The notes under the pieces are model-generated. The model was not told the DNA's origin and did not search any database. It saw only the letters and a program-made list of their open reading frames with translations. 64,000 nucleotides of DNA from contig NW_003526941.1 in NCBI RefSeq assembly GCF_000181795.1, positions 4,825,811 through 4,889,810 of the forward strand. The letters run 5' to 3'. Source of the stretch: Trichinella spiralis (lineage: Eukaryota). Of this stretch, positions 54,998-64,000 are shown piece after piece. A program made the position numbers and the translations under genes. Each line of letters starts with the position of its first letter. Position 1 is the stretch's first letter.

Positions 54998-57809
54998 TAG
55001 AATTATTCATTTTTTGTTCGTCATCTTGGAGTCGATAAAATAACATATATGCATCCGTGTCAAATGACCCTGGTCTATTTTCTTCTGTTAAGGTTCTGAC
55101 GTATAGATCGTCGCAGAGTCTCCAGTCTGTAGAAAAAAAAACATGATGGCATGCAATTTTTGCATCTTCAAGTGAAATAATATCAATATACCGATTCCAG
55201 GTTCATTTTCTGTGGCCGGCAGTGTTACTGAAGCAAAAAAGTGATTGGAAGTCTTAGTTTGCTTTCTATTTGACACTACGCCGTACAACTGGTACTTGGT
55301 ACTTGACGCAGCTGACGCATCCGCACATAGATACGGACTCATATCCAGATCGCTAGAAATAATAATTTTACTCGATAATTTTGCATTTGTGAAAATAAAA
55401 AAAATTTATTTAAACGGAACTTTTCTGCTGATTCTATTATTATTTTATTTATTCGTATTTATAATATATAATAAATAAAAAGTGAAGAACATTTAACCAA
55501 CACCACACCGAAATAGTTACTTACCGTAAAGGATAGGAGATTGGCAAATCGAGATATTTCACAATGTTGCCAAGTACAACAACTCGTTTCATAGTGAAAA
55601 CAAGCACTTTGGGCAAAGATTTCAATTTCAATGATTTCTTTGCTGAACCCAAGCTGTTGCAAGAACTGCATTCTCTCAAAAAGTGCAACTGTTCGTCAGC
55701 AATGTAATAATTCAACAATTCCACCAAATGTACAAGGCGAATGCTGCCATCTAATTGCTCACTCAATTGCATATCATCATTCATAACGGCATTTGGATGC
55801 GTACTGATCCACGTTACGGTAACAGTTCTACTGTTTTCGCAGTTCTTCTTGGAAAGTTCATAAACATTCAATGAATTATTACTATAAAAGCAAAACAAGT
55901 GATCATAGTTCGTCCAGCAATTCGACTTATTATTATTATTTACTTACTCATTATGCGGTGTCGACAATATTTGGCATAATTTGTTTGTTGATTTCACATA
56001 TCCTCTAAAATTATCAAAGTGAGAAAAACCATATGACCAACGGTATGTGGAAACAAAAGTTTATATACTATATGCTTTTTTTAAATTATCACAAAGAAAG
56101 TAGTGCTGTTACTACTATTATTACTACTGCTTACCTGGATTCCCTCAATAGACGAATCATAAAACTTCTGCATGATTCATTACGTTGTCGAGGAAAAACG
56201 GATACTTTACGCTTAGCGGCAATACACGTTTCTAGGTGCACGCTCAGTGAATTTGAGCATTCACTAAATAGAGAATTTTTCAAAGGGCAACTGGTTAATA
56301 AAATACAGCATGTCTGAATGTTTAAATTGAAAATACAAAAAGAAAAATAAACAACTGAAAAGCTACTTACGGACTACAAAAATATGCATTAAAGCACGAA
56401 GAACATATCGTGCATTCGCTTGATAGCCTACCGCTACAGTTGAAGCAACGAAAATGTACATCATCTCTGACCACACAACTTGTAATCACTGTTACGTAGT
56501 ATTCAATGGAATCGGATTGCGTACAGCTGAAAAATATGCAAACTCTTATCACACGCTGCTTGCTGACTTTTACCTTTTTTTTTCATTATACAATTCGTCA
56601 TCACAAAGCTTACACTGAAATCTGCAGAGGATGGTTCATCAAACTGTTTATCGAATAATCTAGCGGTATAATTTGGCCATCCAAAACTGTCGTCAACTAT
56701 AAAATTGCAACATTTCTTGCTAATAAAATAATCGTGTAGCAAAGCAAAGTCAAAACAACAACTGCCATACAATATTACAATAATGCTTTAAAGAAAACAT
56801 ATCTGCAAATAAATTAATAACGTACATTTTCTTCACGTTCATCGAAGATGCTCGCAAATCTGGCAAGCATGTCAGCAACTGTTCTGCATTCACAATCAAC
56901 GGGGAAAATTAACTGAAAAATATAAAGTCGAAAATAATGTATTAAAATATTAGGAAAAAATATAGTTATATAATTTTTACGTCTTTTTTCGATAAATCGG
57001 CGCGCCAAAATGTCACGACGACAAAACGAAATGAAATATTTAATTGAAAAAATTGTTCATCAACGCTTGAAATCTGAAATTCAAATTAATAAAACAATCT
57101 TGGAATGACAAATTGAGGAGCACTGTTGAAAGAAAAATGGAACATACGGCTTGACAACCATCACAGCATATGTCTGATTTTACAGTACCCGAAAAGGTAT
57201 CGAAAATAATCGATCGTCCATTTGCATCTTGCAATTCTTCGTGAAATCGGTACATAAGTGAGTTGAAAAATTCAGACGAATCTTCCTCTTCGTCTTTTAC
57301 AAACGCTGGCATACAAGTGTGGACTTCATTCTGTAAAAAAAACCATGCATTTTATTTCATTAAAAATTATAATTGCAAAAATGTTGTCCGGACCTTAAAT
57401 TTCAGCAACGTGGTCTGCAAAAGTCTACCGTTCCACATGCTCTGAATCAGTTCCGCAAAGTATTCAAAAAGAGTTTCACGTGATTTTAAATCATTGCGAA
57501 ATCTATTCTGAAGAATATAATCTTTTATTTCAACGGTGTTGCATAATACTTGTATTATGCAATTCATATAGCAATTTTTTGATAAATTGTATAAACCCAC
57601 AAAGCCGGGTTTTGCTTCTAATATCATTTCAGCATCAGAAACAGAGTCTTCTGTATCTCCTTAAAAATGACAATCATATAATCAATAAAGATGTAATTAA
57701 ATGTGAGTAAAAATAAAAACGTTTCTTTACTTTGTTGGAGATCAACGGTTTCACACATTTTAAGAATAACTTCCTCAAAATTTGTCAATTTTTTCGCACT
57801 GTCTGGCAT
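54933..57809 (-). CDS. Divergent ubiquitin-specific protease (peptidase C19), USP19-like, with a Cys-rich MYND-like insertion; 12 exons, ~623 aa
   Basis: Exons (minus): 57731-57809, 57394-57659, 57148-57330, 56981-57073, 56826-56912, 56614-56696, 56371-56526, 56135-56290, 55948-56004, 55525-55881, 55192-55352, 54933-55126. Cys box PGFVGLYNLSKNCYMNCIIQVLCNT. Other USP motifs: RSIIFDTFSGTVKSDICCDGC, AKKSLKLKSLPKVLVFTMKR, His box YQLYGVVSN..NHFFA, WRLCDD, AYMLFYR. Insert CFNC..CSSC..YFCS. Middle exon boundaries are less certain. Confidence 0.82.
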
Positions 57810-60451
57810 TTTTATAGGCTTTAACAGTAAAATCACTGAAATTAGTGGCACTATTAATAAATAGATCAAACAATCAAAAACAATTAATCAAAAACATTGG
57901 TGATTTAAATTTGACAAAAATTTACAATGGATATTCATTTAACACGTACATAAGCTCAATAATTAATTTATCACAAAATTTGAACAAAAAGATTTCATTT
58001 TTGCATTAGCAGACTGATTGTTTTTATTTTGTTTTTTGTAATATGAATGAAATTTCCACAAAAAATTACTTTTACATTGAAAGAGAAAAAAATATTCAGT
58101 CTACATGGTTTTGTCAAAATTATCCAACATCGAGAAAAGAAGTGAAAAATGAAAAAATTACAAACTGAAACACTAAAAAACAATTTTTTACCTCAAAATA
58201 TTAAATAATAATTACACTGAATTAGTTGAAGATAATAATCGCACTAATTTATTCAAATCAACACAACAACAAAGTAACGCAGGAAATGGTAGAATGAAAA
58301 ACCGTTGTAAAACGATTAAAAATTATTCTTTTTTTAATATACCTGATTTAAACTAAAGTATGTTTAAGAAGAACAGATAAGCAAGTGAATAATTAAATGC
58401 AAAAGGTTCCAAATTGACACGCAGCTGAACGAGATGACAAAACCAACTATACAAATGATAGTGAGGATGAGCACTGGTTGTTTATCACCTTCTGGCTAAA
58501 GTGACATTCAGGCAAGCACAAATATAAATTGTTTCATCATCATTTCGTTACTTCTCAACAAAAAAAAAATCAAAAAGACATATAATAAATTTAAGAAATA
58601 AAGTTTACCTAAAGATGCAGCACATAAATCTAGACATTAGCTACATTACAAATTTTACAAAATATAATGTACAGACAGCCGTGTAGCGAATTTAGTACTG
58701 TTTGTCGGTTTCGACGTCGATTAAAATTCAAATTTTATGCTATTTTAAAGAGAAATATATGAAAATTAAGTGAAATAACCGAAACAATTTGTAACTTGCA
58801 AGTTATTTAAAGATCAAAACAACTTCGCGAATCAGGAAAAGTTCCCCAAATGAAAATCAAGTCATTATTTATAATCTGCTTAATTCGACATTTTTTCAAA
58901 CACACAATAATAGAATCTTTAACAAATGATGACAGTTACTGAAATAATATTAATTTACATGCAAATTTTCTCAAAAATATACCTGAAGCAAGACAACGTT
59001 TCATGATACAGTATTGCCATTTTAAATTAAAATCTGTTAGAATAAAACGAAACCCTTGTTTTTTATGCATAAAAAATATTTATATTACGTCTAATTACTG
59101 AAGTGAAGTAATATTTACATGACAAACAGCTCTTCAAATTAAAAAATACATTACAGTACCTTAACCGTATGAGCCATATCCGACAACAATTGTTCCCCAA
59201 ACGAATTTTGTTGAAACTGTTTTCTTGCATGGTTCATAGTATTCGCTTCTCGGCTTCATTTACGATCGCCTGATCTTAGCTTGGATGAACAGCAACTGAA
59301 ACTGTTTATTATAACCACAAGTTGAGCTTAAATTTCTTCATAAGCCGCAACATATAACAAAATTGCTAAAGAAGAAAAAATACAACAGTTATCTGAATAA
59401 GAAAATAAATGTGGGCAATTTAGAAATTATTTTTTTATTCACACGATATTATTTCAGCTCTCTGGTCATTAAAACACGCTAATTAAAAGTGGTATCGTTC
59501 ACTTGTGCATGATCTTACAATTAACAAAATAATAATTTGAATAGTGATTTGAAAAATACAAACTGTTCATATTGAATAGTGGGTATATGTTTATGTTGCT
59601 AATTGTTCAAATTACTGATCGTATAAAGTTGAACATTATTGAAATTCAGATTTTCAAAAACTGAACAAAGATCATTTTTAAACAATATCAGTTATTGACA
59701 ACCAGAAAAAAAGCAGATATATGAAGGAGTTTCTGTATATTTGAAAAAAATATCAAACAATTTTCTGAAATACATTAATGAGAATATAAATTCAATTTCA
59801 GTAATAGCTTTCTGAAATGAAAATGCATGGCAAAAAATGATTACAATTACATATTCATCCGTGTAAACTTGATTATCACTGATTGTTCTGATAAGCTGAT
59901 AATTTATAAATTTTTGAGCTAGAAATTAATCAACGTTTGATTTAAAAAAGTTTACAATTTATGAAACAAAATTATGAACGAACATTTTTCTGCAAGTAAA
60001 ACACATACCGTTACAAACAAATGTTCCCCAACGTGGTGGATTTGATCCGTCCATTCATCAAGCACAGCTTCGACGATATTTTTTTGTACAATTGTTTTGC
60101 TATTTCATAATTGTTCAATTTGTGCAGATATTAGGAAGCAACTCAATTTTTGAAGTTGGAATGAAGTTTTACGTGACGTGAAAACAACGCAACAATATCC
60201 AATGCCTGAGAGTTTTTCTTTTGCCTCTTGACAACTGCAGTGAAAATTTAAAAACATGAAAATAATAATAAAAGAACAGCAAACCATTCAGTGCCATCTT
60301 ACGAGTGCTGTTGGATCAGTATTCCCCAAAGCAGCTCCAAAGCATTCTTAAGGAGCCAGAACACAAAGAAAACAGAAGACCAGCTGTACAAACGCTACGA
60401 TTATGGAACGTTTGTCATAAATGGTAGAAAAAAGAAAAGTGCAAGTGAAAT

Positions 60452-62223
60452 TTATTCACTTTCATGATCAGAAAAATTGGTAATGTTGGTTTCCAATCCA
60501 AGATTAAAATAATCTACAAACGGTTGCGATTCAGCTTCTGCATTCGCCTCGGACGAAGTGGACGAAGAGGAAAGTTCCCCCTCGGATCGATAATCAACAT
60601 TCTCATAATTATCACAAATGACAGTCTCATCATTTGAATGGAATCCAACTGTTGAGCTGTTTTCGTTTTTGTCGACAATATTCTGCTGTTCGACAATACG
60701 TTTGGCCAAATTTGCAATCATCTGCTGCTTTCTTTGCCTTCTTTCCGATGATTTCAACAATTTCCTCTTCTTCGGCCCTGCTTCTCCACTTTCCCCCTGA
60801 TCAACTGGATAAAATCGTTTTATTCTACCATTTTGCACTTTTTCACGTTCAACCAATTCTCCATCTTCAACTTCGTCGTCCAATGATTGTTGGTTTCGAA
60901 TTTTCAAATCGGATTCACCAATCCGCTCATCATCACGCATCATTTGCAAAATCTGCCCCACACTCAAATCAGCACAATCGGATTTCCGCAACAACACCTT
61001 GCTTCTCAAATATGCTAATTTCACTGTAACAGAAAAGAAAAATAAAATAAAATAAATTCAACTACATTATTATATGCATACTTGCTTGGTCGAAAATTGG
61101 AAATTTGTGCGCACTTTCAAACTGACAAATGTGAAATGTAGGAAATTCGACAACTATTTTATCTTTCAAAATTTCAATCAAGCTTGAATTCATATCAACA
61201 GCATAATATCTTCAAAAAATATATACATGCATACATACATAAATCTGTATAATAATAATAAAAAAATTTTTTTCCTTTACCTATCATCTTTTGTCCACCA
61301 ATTTTGTTCAACTTTAAAAAAACAACACAAATCATTCAAATTGATGATATTGGCATAATTGTTCAACAAAGCCGACTGTTCGGCAAATTCGGAATTTGGT
61401 TTCGGCTTGAACAAATTTTTCAACAATGTCAATAATGATAACGAATTTGGAATCCTTGAAAATGAACATTGACAATACAAAAAATCGCATAAATTATGCA
61501 AAATTACTTGTCGCATATCACGGACAGTGGATTGTTGTTGTTGCTGTTGAAATGGAAAATAAATTCCACGCTCCAAAATGACGTATCAGCTCTGAAAATT
61601 ATTATCTGATTCAAATTTGGAATTGCTCAATTGAAATTTTACCTTTTATTGTAAAAACTTTTATTTCGCATATTTTTATAGCAATAATGCGGTAAACGAA
61701 CTAACAAAATTCCATTACTGCGACAGTTGTATTGAAAATTTCTATCCTACATTATTTATTAATCAATTAATTAATATAATATAATCAAGTTTGTTTACTT
61801 GGTGTGCATTGTGCTTTTTAAAATATGATGCCAATGTTTCTCGAAAATGATCATACTTTCCTGCCGCTTCCATCAACATATTATAGTCTTAATAATTAGA
61901 ATGTAAAATCAAAAAAAATGGAATATTTTTTCCTCAAATTCCTCACCTTGCATAAAGTTAACAGTGCTATAATTTTGCATAGGCACGAAACGAGTACGAC
62001 AAGCCAAACCGTCGCAGTTGATCAACTGTTTGTGCTTTTTCACGCATTCCAACGAGCAACTTCTCGCTTGACATGCCGGACAACAGTATCTGGCGTTCTT
62101 TTTGCAAACATCGCAATGCTTGTTGTCAAAAGTTGGCTTGCTGTTCTTCTTCTTCTGGTTCAATAATTCTTCCAAACTGCTGATGACATCTTCATCATCG
62201 GATGATTCGCAATTGGAAAACAT
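60452..62223 (-). CDS. ZNHIT6: Box C/D snoRNA protein 1 (zinc finger HIT domain protein 6 / Bcd1); 7 exons, ~475 aa
   Basis: Exons (minus): 61947-62223, 61799-61887, 61643-61746, 61508-61591, 61281-61454, 61082-61209, 60452-61023. zf-HIT CDVC..ARYCCPACQARSCSLECVKKHKQLINCDG, followed by Bcd1-type motifs F..DYNML, FWSVEFIF and L.EILKDKIVVEFPTF. Confidence 0.88.
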
Positions 62224-62418
62224 CTATTTATCCAATCACTGCACATGTAAATATATATATAATCAACATTTATCAAATAAAAAATATGCAAATATTCAAG
62301 TACAATTACTCGTGAATCGAAAAAAAAGAAAATTATCATTTTTTAAAGTCAATTATTTTTAAATTTATTCATTGAAGATGAAACAAAAAACAGAAGATGA
62401 AAACCAAGACAATAATAA

Positions 62419-64000
62419 TCAGTCGTCGCAAAATTCAGACTTCAAGTACATCGTTGGTACAGGACGACCAGCTCTGCGCGCATCTTCCAATACTTCTTTA
62501 TCCCAGCTGAAGAAGAGCAAAGCAGCCGGAGCTAAGCCGAGCTCGTTGATAGATTTTTCTCCCATATCCACCAACGAAGCACCACTGGCGGAGAACATCC
62601 GCAACTGATAAGGTATCCAATCGCAGCTCAGCACACTGTTCACAAAGTCGATGACCGAAGAAAATTTTTCCGACGAATTGAAAGTGCCCTGCAACAATAT
62701 GCATTACACAATTTATAAATATATATCCATACAATAAACCAAGACAACAACAACACACCTCCAAAATATGGTCGTCTGGAAATCGAATTTTCAACAACGT
62801 GTACACGTATGTAGTGTTGGACATTTTTTCGTCCTTTTCACGCATGCTTTTCGTACGCAACGTCAGCATCTTCTCCATTTGTTCCGTGAGATTGTTCTGC
62901 TCTTGCAAAATTTCACTTGCAGTTCTTACGAAAAAACTATCCGGAACCGAAGACACGCTAATCGGCTTTTCAACATTCGCTTTGTAGATTTTTCGATTGC
63001 GATGCAACTTCAACTTCACCGCCTCGCCCGACAGCAAACAGTCCATTGCCAAAGTTAACCGTTCCACATCTGCTGCTACCGATTGTTCAATGGATAAATA
63101 TTTTTCATTATTCTAAAGAGGAATATTAAAAGAAAAAAGATTTTTTTCTGCTTTTTTGAAAATGACTTACTTCGTCCACTTCATTAAAACCAACCGCATG
63201 CAAAAATTCCAAAGCCCCTTTCACCGGAAGCACTTTCTCTTCGAATATCTTGTTGGCCATACGAATGCGACGGTATTTTTCTTCATCACCTTTTTCCAAT
63301 AAATTTCCCAGATATTTTTTCAACACTGCCACAACTTCGGCTGAACGAGTCGACGAATTCAACGAATAAATCATGATCGACGACGCAATCAACGGCTCTT
63401 GTTCCAAACAATCCCGCAAATGGTCTTCGACCGCCTTGATCAACTGCTCTTTCGGCAAAACCACATCATCACCCAATAGATCACAAGTGAAAAAAATATC
63501 ACACAAAGCCAAAGGACCCGCAACTTCGACAATTTCAGGTTGATCATTTTTTTCATTCGATTTCTCCACCCCTTCAGAAAATTCCAACTGACGACGTGCC
63601 TGTAAAAAACAAATACATGATAATAATAAATTCACCCATTTACCCCAATGATCAACAAATCCACCCACCTCCTGTACAATAGCACGTCTGGACCTGGAAA
63701 TGGCATCCTTGGACTGTTGGGCGATGCAACGCTTCAACGCAGCTTCTTCAGCTTTTTGCCTCGCTTCGGCTGCAAGTTTCTTTTCCGCTTCACTTTTTGG
63801 CTGAAGGTTAGATTGCTTCAGAAGAAAAAACAAATATAACAAATATCCACTTGGATGAACAAAACTACCCCAACTCACCGGTTCAACACGTTCCGACTGA
63901 GTGGCTGATGTCGAACGCGCACCTCTCGACTGAGTTTGATTGAGTCTACGAGGTGGACCTGCTTTTCTAAATTTCGCTGCCGCTTTCTTCTTTTCGACCA
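62419..64000 (-). CDS. UBXN6: UBX domain-containing protein 6 (UBXD1; PUB + UBX domains, p97 cofactor); 5' end lies beyond the window
   Basis: Exons (minus): 63879->64000, 63669-63815, 63171-63599, 62759-63112, 62419-62688. PUB domain KKYLGNLL..EEKYRRIRMANKIFEEKVLPVKGALEFLHAVGF; linker PDSFF..LRTKSMRE; UBX domain YTLLKIRFPDDHILEGTF..LGLAPAALLFFSWD. Confidence 0.88.

Noticed and set aside
56770..56803. Apparent micro-exon in the USP gene containing an in-frame TAA, suggesting a pseudogene
   Set aside because: Skipping it (56826 spliced to 56696) keeps an open frame through the whole gene.
1..64000. Prokaryotic-type systems (CRISPR, defence or mobile elements), tRNA and rRNA genes
   Set aside because: The sequence is intron-containing animal DNA. 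No repeat-spacer arrays, cloverleafs or rRNA motifs were seen by eye; tRNAscan and Rfam were not run.

Overview
AT-rich eukaryotic genomic DNA with short GT-AG introns. It is a nematode, and composition and intron style suggest Trichinella or another clade I species (inference only). The ORF track is mostly exon fragments or noise, so I assembled gene models by hand from splice sites and reading frames. Bases 1-32,000 are nearly gene-free around one intronless, GC-rich FMRFamide-receptor-like GPCR (23536-24879, +). Bases 33,000-64,000 are gene-dense. On the minus strand lie a p120/delta-catenin with 4 FN3 domains (JAC-1, ending in the PDZ ligand DSWV) and, directly upstream, a KIND-FERM-3xPDZ protein (FRMPD2/PTPN13-like, no phosphatase domain). 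Next come an ataxin-7-like gene (+) whose last coding exon overlaps the end of a divergent USP19-like deubiquitinase (-), then ZNHIT6/BCD1 (-) and a 5'-truncated UBXN6 (-) at operon-like spacing. Most notable are the adjacent putative PDZ-ligand partner genes, the 65-bp convergent CDS overlap, and two chains of exon-like segments with no intact ORF. No prokaryotic system, CRISPR array, tRNA, rRNA or recognisable transposon was found.
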